DNA of 64,000 nucleotides from Candidatus Methanomethylophilaceae archaeon (GCA_017507885.1 JAFVZY010000024.1:2784-66783), one strand, 5' to 3'. Positions 1 through 10,267 are shown, numbered from the stretch's first letter. Program-made: numbers and translations. The notes: generated from the letters alone by a model not told the origin.

Positions 1-153
1 CTTGCCGTTGATGGGAAATCCGGAAATGACGGCCTTGTTCTTATCGATGCACTTCAGACCCAGTTTTCCGTAAGCCTTGCATACGGCATGGTTCTTCTCC
101 CTTCTGGACAGTCTGTTCTTCCTTCCCGCCTTTTGACTCTGCTTATCGGACAT
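1..153 (-). CDS. N-terminal part of a hypothetical protein running off the window edge
   Basis: ATG at 153 opens a frame to the window start (MSDKQSQKAGRKNRLSRREKNHAVCKAYGKLGLKC...); divergent from hypB. Confidence 0.5.
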   Translation of the reverse strand, partial: MSDKQSQKAGRKNRLSRREKNHAVCKAYGKLGLKCIDKNKAVISGFPINGK

Positions 154-261
154 GCGACATGCTATCCACATCCGGATTATGACGTCTTGAGAATCCGAGG
201 GACGGTTCCCCATGGTGCGGCGGACCGCCTTCTTATTAACAGGCTCCCCCATGCCGAACCC

Positions 262-912
262 ATGCACATAGTCCAACCAGGCATGGAGCTCGATGTTCTC
301 AAGGAGAACAGCAAGATCGCCAACGCCAACTACAGGCTGATGAAGGAGCATGGAATCAAATCCGTCGATTTCATGGGATCCATCGGCGCGGGGAAAACGG
401 CGTTGATAATCAAACTCGCCGAGAAACTCAGGTCGAAGGGCGTCCGCGTGTGCGCCATCGCAGGGGATGTCACCGGAGCCGACGACTACACCCGTTTCGA
501 GAAATCGGGACTGGAGGCCGTCAACTGCAGCACCGGCCACGAATGCCACCTGGATGCGAACCTCGTCTCCAAGACCCTGTCCAAGATAAACCTCGATGAT
601 TACGATGTGATCTTCATCGAGAACGTGGGCAACCTGGTGTGTCCCGCCGACTTCCCTCTTGGGACGGACTACCGCGTCGTGGTGATCTCCACCACCGAGG
701 GTGACGACATGGTCAGGAAGCACCACGACATCTTCCTCCATTCCGACATCGCCATCCTCAACAAGATCGACATCGCCGATGCGGTGGATGTGGATCCGGA
801 GGTCATCGCAGGCGATTACAGGAAACTCACCGGCGGAATCAAGGACATCTACAAATGCAGCGTGAAGAGGGATCAGGGTCTGGACGAGATCCTCGCTGCA
901 ATGAAACTCTGA
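262..912 (+). CDS. hypB: Hydrogenase nickel incorporation GTPase HypB
   Basis: GSIGAGKT P-loop, ECHLDA, ENVGNLVCPADF and NKID motifs; start placed at ATG 262. Confidence 0.95.
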   Translation: MHIVQPGMELDVLKENSKIANANYRLMKEHGIKSVDFMGSIGAGKTALIIKLAEKLRSKGVRVCAIAGDVTGADDYTRFEKSGLEAVNCSTGHECHLDANLVSKTLSKINLDDYDVIFIENVGNLVCPADFPLGTDYRVVVISTTEGDDMVRKHHDIFLHSDIAILNKIDIADAVDVDPEVIAGDYRKLTGGIKDIYKCSVKRDQGLDEILAAMKL

Positions 913-922
913 AACAATCAAG

Positions 923-2254
923 GTGAATCACATGAAGGTACTCACAGTAGGAGGAGGCGGAAGGGAGCACGCGGCCGTCGAGGCCCTGTACAGGTCCGGA
1001 GCCGAAATCTATGCGGTCATGAAGAACGCCAACCCCGGAATCATCTCGAAATCCAAGGAATATCTTCTCTGCGACGAGAAGGATGTCGCCAGGGTGTGCG
1101 AGTTCGCCAAGGAGAAGGGCGTGGAACTGGCATACGTCGGACCCGAGGCACCCCTCGAGGTCGGGATAGTGGATGCCCTGGAGGCCCAGGGCGTGAAATG
1201 CGCCGCACCCACCAAGGCCGCGGCACGCATCGAGACCTCCAAGACGTTCATGAGGGAACTCGTGGACAAGTACGGAATCGAAGGGAACCTCGGATTCGCA
1301 TCCTTCGACAACGCGAAGGACGCCGAGGAATACCTCAAGGGGATCGACCATGAGATCGTGGTCAAACCCGTGGGACTCACCGGCGGTAAGGGCGTCAAGG
1401 TCCAGGGGGAGCACCTCAACTCCTTCGAGGAAACCATGGAATACATCAACGAGATCTTCGACCAGAACATCGGCGGAGCCGGAGTGATACTGGAGGAGAG
1501 GGCCGTCGGAGAGGAGTTCACACAGATGGTCTTCGTCGACGGAAGGAACATCGTGCCCCTGCCCCTGGTCCAGGACCACAAGAGGGCCTACGAGGGCGAC
1601 GTCGGACCCAACACCGGCGGAATGGGTTCCTACACCGATGGGGACCACCTGCTGCCCTTCATCACCCAGACCGAGAGGGAGGAGGCCATCGCCATCCTTC
1701 AGAGCATCGTGGACGCCATGGCGGAGGAGGGCTGCCCCTACCACGGAACCATGTACGGACAGTTCATGCTCACCGTCAACGGACCCAGGATCATCGAGAT
1801 CAACGCAAGGTTCGGAGACCCCGAGGCGATGAACGTCCTGCCCATCCTCGAATCCGGATTCACCGACATCTGTTGGAAGATGGCGACCGGAACCCTCGGA
1901 AAGGATGCGGAGTTCGCAAGGAAGGCCACCGTGTGCAAGTACGTGGTCCCCAGGGGATACGGTGTGAAATCCGAGTCCGGACACGAGATCTCCGTGGACG
2001 AGAAGGCCATCGCCGAATGCGGTGCCACCGTGTATTACGCCAACGTGGACGTCAAGGACGGGAAACTGGTCACCGGAACCTCCAGGTCCGTCGGGGTCAT
2101 CGGGATCGCCGACACCCTCGAGGAGGCCGAGCAGAACTGCGAAAAGGCACTCGAACACGTGGTGTGCGATGCCATCGTGGTCCGTCACGACATCGGGACC
2201 CGCGCACTGGTCCAGAAGAGGGTGGACCACATGAGGGAACTCCGCTCCGCATGA
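923..2254 (+). CDS. purD: Phosphoribosylamine--glycine ligase
   Basis: GGGGREHA, QDHKRAYEGDVGPNTGGMGS, EINARFGDPE. Confidence 0.97.
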   Translation: MNHMKVLTVGGGGREHAAVEALYRSGAEIYAVMKNANPGIISKSKEYLLCDEKDVARVCEFAKEKGVELAYVGPEAPLEVGIVDALEAQGVKCAAPTKAAARIETSKTFMRELVDKYGIEGNLGFASFDNAKDAEEYLKGIDHEIVVKPVGLTGGKGVKVQGEHLNSFEETMEYINEIFDQNIGGAGVILEERAVGEEFTQMVFVDGRNIVPLPLVQDHKRAYEGDVGPNTGGMGSYTDGDHLLPFITQTEREEAIAILQSIVDAMAEEGCPYHGTMYGQFMLTVNGPRIIEINARFGDPEAMNVLPILESGFTDICWKMATGTLGKDAEFARKATVCKYVVPRGYGVKSESGHEISVDEKAIAECGATVYYANVDVKDGKLVTGTSRSVGVIGIADTLEEAEQNCEKALEHVVCDAIVVRHDIGTRALVQKRVDHMRELRSA

Positions 2255-3027
2255 GACGCATAGCGGTCAAGATAGCGTACCTGGGGGACGGGTATTCCGG
2301 CTCCCAGGTGCAACCCGGCACCCCCACCGTGGAGGCGGAGGTGCTGGGAAACCTCCAACACGTTTTGAAAAGGACACCGGAGGAGTTGAACCTCAGATTC
2401 TCCAGCCGTACCGACAAAGGTGTGAACTCCCTCGGGAACGCCATCGTCTTCGACACCCCTCTGGAGGATCCGGACAAGCTCCTGAAGGCGCTCAACTCCG
2501 TATCCGACGGGATCTTCTACAGGTCGTACTGCTTCGTTGACGGGGACTTCAACGTCCGTCACGCATCCCGTAGGCTATACAGGTACACCGTACCCTCGGA
2601 AGGCATGGATCCGGAGAGGACGAGGGAATGCTGCAGGCTGTTCGAAGGGGAGCACGACTTCATCAGGTTCTGCCGCCCCGACGGCAAGGACACCGTGCTG
2701 ACCCTGGATTCCGTTCAATGCACCTTCGCCGACGAGGTGATCTACCTGGATTTCAACGGCAGATACTACCTGTGGAACATGATCCGTAGGATATCCGCGG
2801 CCATAATATCCGTGGGAAGGGGGAGATCTGAACTGTCCGATGTCCGGGAGGCCCTTGACGGTGCCGACAGGACGTTCGGAATGGCACGCCCCGACGCCCT
2901 CACCCTGATGGATGTGCAATACGACTGGTTGACGTTCACGCCGGCGGACAGTACCAGATTCGTATCCAGGAAGGAGGACGGACAGTTCACCCATGCCATC
3001 CGTTCATCGTTCTACGATTCCCTGTGA
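2251..3027 (+). CDS. truA: tRNA pseudouridine(38-40) synthase
   Basis: IAYLGDGYSGSQVQP, SRTDKGV catalytic Asp, YLWNMIRRI; ATGA overlap with purD stop. Confidence 0.93.
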   Translation: MRRIAVKIAYLGDGYSGSQVQPGTPTVEAEVLGNLQHVLKRTPEELNLRFSSRTDKGVNSLGNAIVFDTPLEDPDKLLKALNSVSDGIFYRSYCFVDGDFNVRHASRRLYRYTVPSEGMDPERTRECCRLFEGEHDFIRFCRPDGKDTVLTLDSVQCTFADEVIYLDFNGRYYLWNMIRRISAAIISVGRGRSELSDVREALDGADRTFGMARPDALTLMDVQYDWLTFTPADSTRFVSRKEDGQFTHAIRSSFYDSL

Positions 3028-3060
3028 AGGATATTAATCGGATTCCGCATACGGGCATCC

Positions 3061-3642
3061 ATGTCGGGCATCGAATCCGGAGTGAATGCTGCCATATCCC
3101 AGCTGGAGACCATAGAGAAGGGGAGGGAGGCCGCCATGGCCTGCTCCCGCAGGGTCATACGCCTGTCCAAGAAGGTGATCCATGCCATCCACGACGGGGA
3201 ACCTGTTGATGAACCCCTGGATCAGATGCGTCGGGAACTCGATGCCATGAAATCCCATTGCTCCACGCCGGAGGTCCTGATGTCCGGACCCGTGCAGGAT
3301 GCCATGGGCGAATACGCCGAGGCGGAGATCATGTCCGCCCTGGCCTCCGGCGATATTGTCCCTGACCACATCCAACTCGGCATAGGCGCATCCCCGTGGA
3401 TACAGGGCTTCTGCGACTGTTCGGGGGAGTTGAGACGCATGGTGATGACCCGCCTCGCCGAAGGGGACCTCGATGGGGCGAAAGGGGTATTCTCGATCAT
3501 GGAGGAGGTCCACGAGGAGATCCAGATGCTGGATGTGCCGGATGCCATAGCACCCGTCAGAAGGAAACAGGACATCGCCCGCGGACTCATGGACAAGACC
3601 CGTTCGGAGATGACCCTGGCATCGATCATGTCGGTTAGATGA
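3061..3642 (+). CDS. Translin/TRAX (C3PO-like) family protein
   Basis: SRRVIRLSKKVIHAIH, EYAEA, GFCDCSGELRR, RRKQD pattern of archaeal translin homologs. Confidence 0.85.
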   Translation: MSGIESGVNAAISQLETIEKGREAAMACSRRVIRLSKKVIHAIHDGEPVDEPLDQMRRELDAMKSHCSTPEVLMSGPVQDAMGEYAEAEIMSALASGDIVPDHIQLGIGASPWIQGFCDCSGELRRMVMTRLAEGDLDGAKGVFSIMEEVHEEIQMLDVPDAIAPVRRKQDIARGLMDKTRSEMTLASIMSVR

Positions 3643-3811
3643 GTGTTGCATCCTGTTCCGACGTCATCGACAAACTTTGAGTTTCAAATCTCATTTTACC
3701 TCGACCTCGACAGGAAACCGGAAAACTTTCGATAATCGGAGGGCCGGAGGGTCGTTGGGCGTTGAACGGAATCGAAGACGATTGACGATACCTTTCAATC
3801 GGACATTTTTC

Positions 3812-3870
3812 AAAAACCCCGCACCCCGAAGATGACCAGGGTGCGGGGAAGGATTGGGGGCGAACCCCCG
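3812..3870 (-). terminator. Tandem GC hairpins plus T-run after the aglB-like operon
   Basis: CCCCGCACCC(3817-26)/GGGTGCGGGG(3839-48) stem, a second GGGGG-cgaa-CCCCC hairpin, and an A-run at 3812-16. Confidence 0.6.
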
Positions 3871-3881
3871 TTTCAAAGGTT

Positions 3882-4646
3882 TCAGCGCCTGGACTTGGGC
3901 TTTCCGAAGTTCTTGACGGGCTTGCGGTAGACCCAGATGAGGATGATGGCGAGGACGACCACGAGTACGACCGAGAACACGGAGTACAGGGTGTAATCGT
4001 TGTCACCGAAGTAGAAGGTGTGCTTCTCCCCGAGTCCCTCGACGACCACGACTCCCTCGACGGCGGGCTCCACCCAGAAGGTGTGCTCGTCTCCATCGGG
4101 GGAGACTATCCAGTCGTAGGTGACCTCCGCACTTCCGGCCATGACGAGGTCGAAGGTCGTGTAGCTGTCCTCCATCTTCTGTCCGTCGATGAAGAAGTAG
4201 ACTCCGAATCCGGTAAGGTCGAGATCCTCGGCGGTGCTGAGGGTCACGGTGAGGGTGACGGGTTCGACGACCTCGATGTCCAGGGAAACCTCGTCGACGA
4301 CCTCGGAATCCTCTCCTTCGGCGGAGACCTCGACCACGAGGGTGTAGTCCCCTGCGGTCTTGGGGAACTCGACGTCAAGGGTGACGGTTCCGGACACGGT
4401 GCCGGTGGAGGGGGAGACCGCAGAGGTCTGGGTCTCGCCCTTGCCGTTGACCAGCTTGGCATTGTACTCGAACTCGCCCTCGGAGGACTCGTACGTGAAG
4501 ATGTATTCGTGTTCGGATTCTACGGCCACGAGGGTCTCACCCTCGATGTTGCTGAACGCGTCGGCATCGACGGCGGGGACCGCCATCATGCATGCCATCA
4601 TGGCGATGGCCGCGATTGCTGCGATTGAGATCTTTACTTTCTGCGT
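3882..4646 (-). CDS. Secreted, C-terminally membrane-anchored beta-sandwich surface protein (first ATG at 4601; probable true start ACG at 4646)
   Basis: Signal-peptide-like N-terminus ending AVDADA, acidic beta-rich body, C-terminal TM helix and basic tail RKPVKNFGKPKSRR. Confidence 0.8.
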   Translation of the reverse strand, partial: TQKVKISIAAIAAIAMMACMMAVPAVDADAFSNIEGETLVAVESEHEYIFTYESSEGEFEYNAKLVNGKGETQTSAVSPSTGTVSGTVTLDVEFPKTAGDYTLVVEVSAEGEDSEVVDEVSLDIEVVEPVTLTVTLSTAEDLDLTGFGVYFFIDGQKMEDSYTTFDLVMAGSAEVTYDWIVSPDGDEHTFWVEPAVEGVVVVEGLGEKHTFYFGDNDYTLYSVFSVVLVVVLAIILIWVYRKPVKNFGKPKSRR

Positions 4647-7600
4647 GAGAACACCCCCCTCTTGCTTCCGAGCCAGAACACAGCGACGAGCATGAGTATT
4701 CCGACCGCGAGCATGAACCAGATTCCGATGGGCACATCGGACCTCTCGTTGAAGACGTCGGATCCGGATGCCTCCATGGAGTCCAGGGTGACATCCACGG
4801 TGACGGGGCTCATGTCGAGACTGGCGTTTCCGTTTTCATATGCGACCGCGACGGAGATCGCGGGGGCGTTGTTGTTGGCGGCGGTCTGGAGAAGCATGAG
4901 CTTCACATAGACCACGGTGGTCTGGAGACCGTATGCCTCGAAGGATGCACCGCCGGTCATGTCGCTGATGACGAGTCCGGCCTCATCCACGAGTGCGAGG
5001 TTCCATCCGGCGACGTTGGCCGCGGTGATGGTGACGGTCTGTGCGGAGACGCCGTTGTTGACGATGGTCACGGCGTACATGTACTCCCCGGCGGAGATCC
5101 TGTCGATGGTTGCTCCATCGTCTCCAGCCTTGAGGATGTCAAGGGTTCCGTAGACGGGGGTCGCACCGTTGTCGACGATTGCGACGGACTCGGTCTTCTG
5201 CGCGGCGACATCGGTGACCTCAAGGGTCAGACCGGCGTTTCCGACTGCGACGTTGTCGACGTCGTAGATTCCGGTGACGGTGACGTTCTGGGCGGATCCG
5301 GCTGCGACGGAGACGGAGTATGCCTCCTTGAGAAGCCATGCGGATCCGGCTGCGATAGTGTACTGCCTGACGACGGGAGTCTCGTTCCTGATCTCGATGA
5401 CGACGGTTCCGTTCCCATTGGAGAAATCGGAGGAGACGACACCGACGGTGAAGGTCGCATCCTCGTCGACGACGGGGACACCCGCCCCGTAGACGGGGAC
5501 GTTGCGGAACTCTCCGTCCGCAAGACCGGTGACATCGATCTCTCCCGCATAGTCGTACTCCATGTCGCCCTCGGTGAGGGAGGCCTCGACGGAGAACCTG
5601 GCGGAGGTCATGGTCTCGGGGAGTTCGATGGAGAACTGTCCCTTCTCGACATCCGCGGTTATTGCTATTCCGCCTGCGGTTGCGGTGAGGGTTCCCTCCG
5701 CCGCGACTCCGATGAATCCGGTGATGGTCATGACCCTGGTGTCGGCGGTGAGGTCCAGGGAGGTGGTTGCGGAACCATCGGTGTACTGGACGTACTTGAC
5801 GAGCTTGTCGGCTCCGGTTCCACCGACGGACTTGAAGAGGAAATCGAATCCCTTCTGGAGGTAGTAGGACTGACCGACCTTGGCGTACTCTCCCTCGGAG
5901 GTGACGGTGACGACGTTTCCGGATCCGGTGGTGACGTCGATCTTGACCGCCTCCATGGGCTCGAGACCGACGATCTCGGAGCTTCCGGGAAGGATGTTGA
6001 CGGTTCCGTCGAAGTAGTATCCTCCCTCGGTGACCTTTGCGGTGAACTGTCCGGGGTTGATGAGGGTGGGGACATCCTTCTCGAGGACGATGTTGTCGCC
6101 TGCGACATAGGGGTCGAGTTCCACCTTGTATGCGGAGGTCACGGTGACCTGCCTGACGTAGTTGGTGTTGGTCACGTTGGCACCGGAGTCGTACTGGGCG
6201 ATGGTGACGGTGTTGGTCGCGTTGGAGGTGCCGGAGGACACGGTCTTGGAGAGATCGGTGCATGCGAACATGGTGTTGTCCAGGGCTCCGTCGTTGAACA
6301 GGGCCTTGACCTCGACGTTGTCGGGGGCGTAGAACACGGCCTGTCCGCTGACGTTGGTCATTCCGTTGAGTGTGTACTCGACGTTGTCGTAGGTGAAGAC
6401 GACACCGGCCTTGACAAAGGGCAGTGCGACGCTTCCGGTGCTGGTTCCGCTGGCGTACTTGAGTGTGGTGGACACCTTCCTTCCGTCGACCATGGTGATG
6501 TCGCCCATGTCGCTGTCGGCGATTCCGGCGATGGATCCGAAGTAGACCTTGGTGGCCTTGTCGGTGGCGTACACGATGCAGTCCTTTCCTGCGGGGAGGT
6601 ATGCGGTGAACTTTCCATCGGAGTCGGTGACCACGGAGACGGTGGCCCCATCGATGATGAAGGACACGGTTCCGGACCTGTCGAGCTTTCCGGTGACGGT
6701 GGCCATGTCGTAGGAGGCGGTGGATGCCACTCCATCCTTGACGGTTCCGAGGACGACCTTTCCGTCGACGATTCCGTAGACGGAGTAGAGGGTCTTGTCG
6801 GTGGCCTTTCCGACGGGGAGGGCGACACCGTTGGCATCGGACGTGGTGGAGAACTCGCCCGCATAGACGCTCAGTCCGGGGGCGATTCCGGAGACGACCT
6901 GGGAGTCGTAGCCGGTGATGGACACGGACTTGTTGGAGCTGCTGGCGTTCTGGGTGGTGCTCATCATGGAGACGTACTTGCCCTCGAGGGAGACGGTGTA
7001 GGTTCCGGGCACCACGGGAATCGCGGCGACACCCTCGACGGTCTCGGCGGAGTAGGACTCGCCGGTGTCGACGTTGGTGGCCCTGACGGTTGTGGTTCCA
7101 TCCGCGACGAGGTCGCCGTTGGCGTCCTTGACGGTTGCGGTGATGGTCTTGACGGTGAGTCCGATTCCGAAAGTCGTGGAGTCGGCTGCGATTGCAACGG
7201 AGACGGATGCCATGGAGGTTCCGGAACCGTTGTAGATGGCGACATCGTATTCGCCGGGAAGGATTCCGGAGACGGAATACGAATCGACGACGTTCTCGAC
7301 GACGTTCTCCTCGCCGGTGGCCTTGTTGGTCATGACGACCTTGAGTGCGGGACCGTTGTAAACGGCCTCTCCCACCAGAAGGTTTCCGGAGACGGAGACG
7401 GTGGAGACCGCGATGTTCGCGGGGACGGCGCCCTTGTCGTAGGATGCGAGGACGACGCTTCCGGATTTGACTGCGACCTTGTAATCGCCGGTGTCGGGGA
7501 CGGCGACGGCATATGCCCCGTCCTTGACGGTTCCGACGGAGTACACGGTGTACTTTCCGAGGTGCTCGTTGTACTGGAGGACCTCGACGGTCATGCCGTC

Positions 7601-10144
7601 GACGGCACCGGATGAGACGGAGACGTTTCCGGATTCGGTTCCGGTTCCGAGACCGACGTACTTGTAGAGCATGTAGGAGGAGAGGTAGTTGACGACTCCG
7701 CCCTGGGATTTCTGAAGGGCCATCGCGGCATCGTAGTCCATGTACTCCCATCCGTCGGAGGAACCGGTTGCGGTCCTGTCGGGGTTGTACTGGATGATCC
7801 ACTTGGCGATCTCGAATCCGGCCATTCCCTCGGGGGTGACCACGACGGAATCCTCGGAACCGTCGCTTGCGGAGAGGCTAAAGAGGTAGCTGTAGGAGCT
7901 GGACTCGCCGGCCTCGGTGGCGGAGGGTCCGATCATGGCCTTCCAGAGGAAGGTGTCGTACATCGCATCGGTGTAGACGGTGTATCCGAAGTAGTTCATG
8001 TAGGTGAAGAACTCGGGTGCGGCCCCGTTGGAGTCGATGTTGTATCCTCCCATGCTGGCCATAGATGAGAAGTTGGAGGATGCACCGGACTGGAGGGGAA
8101 GCATCATGGGGTCGACCAGGATGTATCCGATCTTCTCGCCGGCGACAGCACAGACGGAATCGTAGAGTCCGTAGACACCCACGGTTCCGAGCTCCTTGGA
8201 GAGGAGTTCGATGCATACGAGGTTTACGGCGTTGATGTCGGAAAGGTCGGATGCGACGCTTCCGTAGACGTCGGGGTTGGCGACGATCTCGTCCTTGGCG
8301 GAACAGGGGTCGTTGACGAATCCCTTGATCTTGCCGAAGAGGTCGGCGGATGCGAAGCAGGATGCGAAGTCGTCCACGTTGTTGGACATGATGATGCGCA
8401 TGGCCATGGCGGCAACCGCTCCGGTGGAACCTTCGGACAGAAGGATGTGGGCCATCGCGGAGGTTCCGTCGCCACGGATGTCGGTGACGGTGTCGAATCC
8501 TCCCTGGGATACGGCGTCGTAGGTGTAGTCGATCCAGTTCACGAGGGCGGAATCGGGGTTCTCGACACTGCCCCATATCGCATCGACGGGGTACGAGTCA
8601 CCGGTCTTGATGACGAACTGGGTGTTTCCGTTGTACAACGGGGAATCGGAATCGTTGGCGGGGGTTCCGGCATCGAGTGCGAAGGAGACTCCGGGGACCG
8701 CGATGAGAAGAACCGCCACGAGGACGGATGCGAGGGGCAGGGGCTTGATCATCTTCCTGATTCCACCGGGGAATCCTGCGGATCTGATGTTCCTGGCCCA
8801 ATCCCTGAGATTGGCCTGCTGGAGGACCATGACAATGGCCGCTCCGGAACCGACACCGAACACGGCTGCGACGACGGCCGCGTTCTGGTAGGAACTCCAG
8901 ACTGCGAAGAACATCATGTACAGCCAGACGGCGATCATGAGACGGGATGCGGTACGGTCCTTCTTGAGGTACACGTAGGTCTCGTAGAGTGCGAGACAGA
9001 TGGGGAGCCACATGGTGACCCATCCGTAATAGGACGAGACGTTGGACATGGAGACGCGGTCGGAGACCAGGTCGGCCATTCCCTCGACATAGATGCTGTT
9101 GCCGTTGACGAGTGCGTTGAAAAGGTCGGGGACTGCGAAGTACAGTGCGACGAGAACGACCACGAAAACGATGACGAGTGCGGGGATGACGATGATCCAG
9201 GGCTTGCTCCTGAGCGCCATGAAGACGAACGCGAAGGCGACAGAGAACACCGCGAGGAGAAGGGGTCCGGAGAAGACCGCGTCGAAGAGACCCGCGGGGA
9301 TGTAGTATACGGCTGCGAGGACCGTGCCGACAATGATCGCAAGGGCATAGGGCACAATGGCGACCTTCATGTCCGCGCCTCTGAAGCGGTCGGAAACCGC
9401 CTGGAGGAGCATGGTGGCGGCGATGACGGCGATGAGAACGCCGAAGCCGTTCCAGGTGAGTGCTGCGAGTCCGAGGAAGACACCGGTGAGGAGACCGTAT
9501 TTCATTGCGGCCTTGGAGGTGTCTGCGGAATCGAGCGCCTTCGCGGTCTTGACGAGGAAGTACGACATGAACGCTGCGAGGAACGCTGCGAGTGCGTACT
9601 CGGTTCCACTGGAGAAGACCGATGTCGCGATGGGCAGAGCGAGGAACGCGTAAACCAGAGCCGCGACGACTCCGGCCCTCTTGTCGAACATCTCCTTTGC
9701 GACAAGATACACCGGGATGCAGGCGAGTGCACCGATGACGGGGTTGAGTCCTCCCAATGCTGCGGATGCGGCCTCGGTGGATCCGAGACCGGTCATGGAC
9801 AGAACGGATGCCACTCCCGCTGCGATGAAGTCGAGGAGAGGGGGATAGACGTTGAGTCCTCCGAGTGGATAGTTGACTGCGGCATCTGCGCCGATGGCAT
9901 AGCTGCCGCTGAGGATGCTTTCGATTACGTGCAGATGATATTGGCTGCTCGAACCGCCTGAAAGGGCGAAATCGCCCCCGGCGGAAGTTCCGTAGGTGAA
10001 GACCGTCCTCAGCAACAGGGTCAATACGACGATCACCGCCAGGGAAACCGAGCACCAGTGGTTTCTTAACCACCCTTTGTCGCTGGAGCCGCGACTGTCC
10101 CCCGACTCGGCGGGGGAGGTAGACTCTTTTCCAATTTTACGCAT
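4634..10144 (-). CDS. Giant AglB/STT3-like oligosaccharyltransferase homolog with degenerate motifs, ~1000 aa of beta-sandwich repeats and a C-terminal TM anchor
   Basis: Multi-TM N-half with NYPLGGLNVYPPLLD and IPVYLVAKEMFD (STT3 pattern); NWIDY at the WWDYG position; MYDTFLWKAM in the late soluble domain. Confidence 0.85.
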   Translation of the reverse strand: MRKIGKESTSPAESGDSRGSSDKGWLRNHWCSVSLAVIVVLTLLLRTVFTYGTSAGGDFALSGGSSSQYHLHVIESILSGSYAIGADAAVNYPLGGLNVYPPLLDFIAAGVASVLSMTGLGSTEAASAALGGLNPVIGALACIPVYLVAKEMFDKRAGVVAALVYAFLALPIATSVFSSGTEYALAAFLAAFMSYFLVKTAKALDSADTSKAAMKYGLLTGVFLGLAALTWNGFGVLIAVIAATMLLQAVSDRFRGADMKVAIVPYALAIIVGTVLAAVYYIPAGLFDAVFSGPLLLAVFSVAFAFVFMALRSKPWIIVIPALVIVFVVVLVALYFAVPDLFNALVNGNSIYVEGMADLVSDRVSMSNVSSYYGWVTMWLPICLALYETYVYLKKDRTASRLMIAVWLYMMFFAVWSSYQNAAVVAAVFGVGSGAAIVMVLQQANLRDWARNIRSAGFPGGIRKMIKPLPLASVLVAVLLIAVPGVSFALDAGTPANDSDSPLYNGNTQFVIKTGDSYPVDAIWGSVENPDSALVNWIDYTYDAVSQGGFDTVTDIRGDGTSAMAHILLSEGSTGAVAAMAMRIIMSNNVDDFASCFASADLFGKIKGFVNDPCSAKDEIVANPDVYGSVASDLSDINAVNLVCIELLSKELGTVGVYGLYDSVCAVAGEKIGYILVDPMMLPLQSGASSNFSSMASMGGYNIDSNGAAPEFFTYMNYFGYTVYTDAMYDTFLWKAMIGPSATEAGESSSYSYLFSLSASDGSEDSVVVTPEGMAGFEIAKWIIQYNPDRTATGSSDGWEYMDYDAAMALQKSQGGVVNYLSSYMLYKYVGLGTGTESGNVSVSSGAVDGMTVEVLQYNEHLGKYTVYSVGTVKDGAYAVAVPDTGDYKVAVKSGSVVLASYDKGAVPANIAVSTVSVSGNLLVGEAVYNGPALKVVMTNKATGEENVVENVVDSYSVSGILPGEYDVAIYNGSGTSMASVSVAIAADSTTFGIGLTVKTITATVKDANGDLVADGTTTVRATNVDTGESYSAETVEGVAAIPVVPGTYTVSLEGKYVSMMSTTQNASSSNKSVSITGYDSQVVSGIAPGLSVYAGEFSTTSDANGVALPVGKATDKTLYSVYGIVDGKVVLGTVKDGVASTASYDMATVTGKLDRSGTVSFIIDGATVSVVTDSDGKFTAYLPAGKDCIVYATDKATKVYFGSIAGIADSDMGDITMVDGRKVSTTLKYASGTSTGSVALPFVKAGVVFTYDNVEYTLNGMTNVSGQAVFYAPDNVEVKALFNDGALDNTMFACTDLSKTVSSGTSNATNTVTIAQYDSGANVTNTNYVRQVTVTSAYKVELDPYVAGDNIVLEKDVPTLINPGQFTAKVTEGGYYFDGTVNILPGSSEIVGLEPMEAVKIDVTTGSGNVVTVTSEGEYAKVGQSYYLQKGFDFLFKSVGGTGADKLVKYVQYTDGSATTSLDLTADTRVMTITGFIGVAAEGTLTATAGGIAITADVEKGQFSIELPETMTSARFSVEASLTEGDMEYDYAGEIDVTGLADGEFRNVPVYGAGVPVVDEDATFTVGVVSSDFSNGNGTVVIEIRNETPVVRQYTIAAGSAWLLKEAYSVSVAAGSAQNVTVTGIYDVDNVAVGNAGLTLEVTDVAAQKTESVAIVDNGATPVYGTLDILKAGDDGATIDRISAGEYMYAVTIVNNGVSAQTVTITAANVAGWNLALVDEAGLVISDMTGGASFEAYGLQTTVVYVKLMLLQTAANNNAPAISVAVAYENGNASLDMSPVTVDVTLDSMEASGSDVFNERSDVPIGIWFMLAVGILMLVAVFWLGSKRGVFSRRK

Positions 10145-10267
10145 TCTAAATCTCCGTCGTTAGAATGCACGTTCATGAACAGAGCCATATAAAATATCTT
10201 TCACGGGTTTATAATAATATAATAATAAAAGGGCGAAGGGAAGGTAAATGGTTTTGGATGATACATC

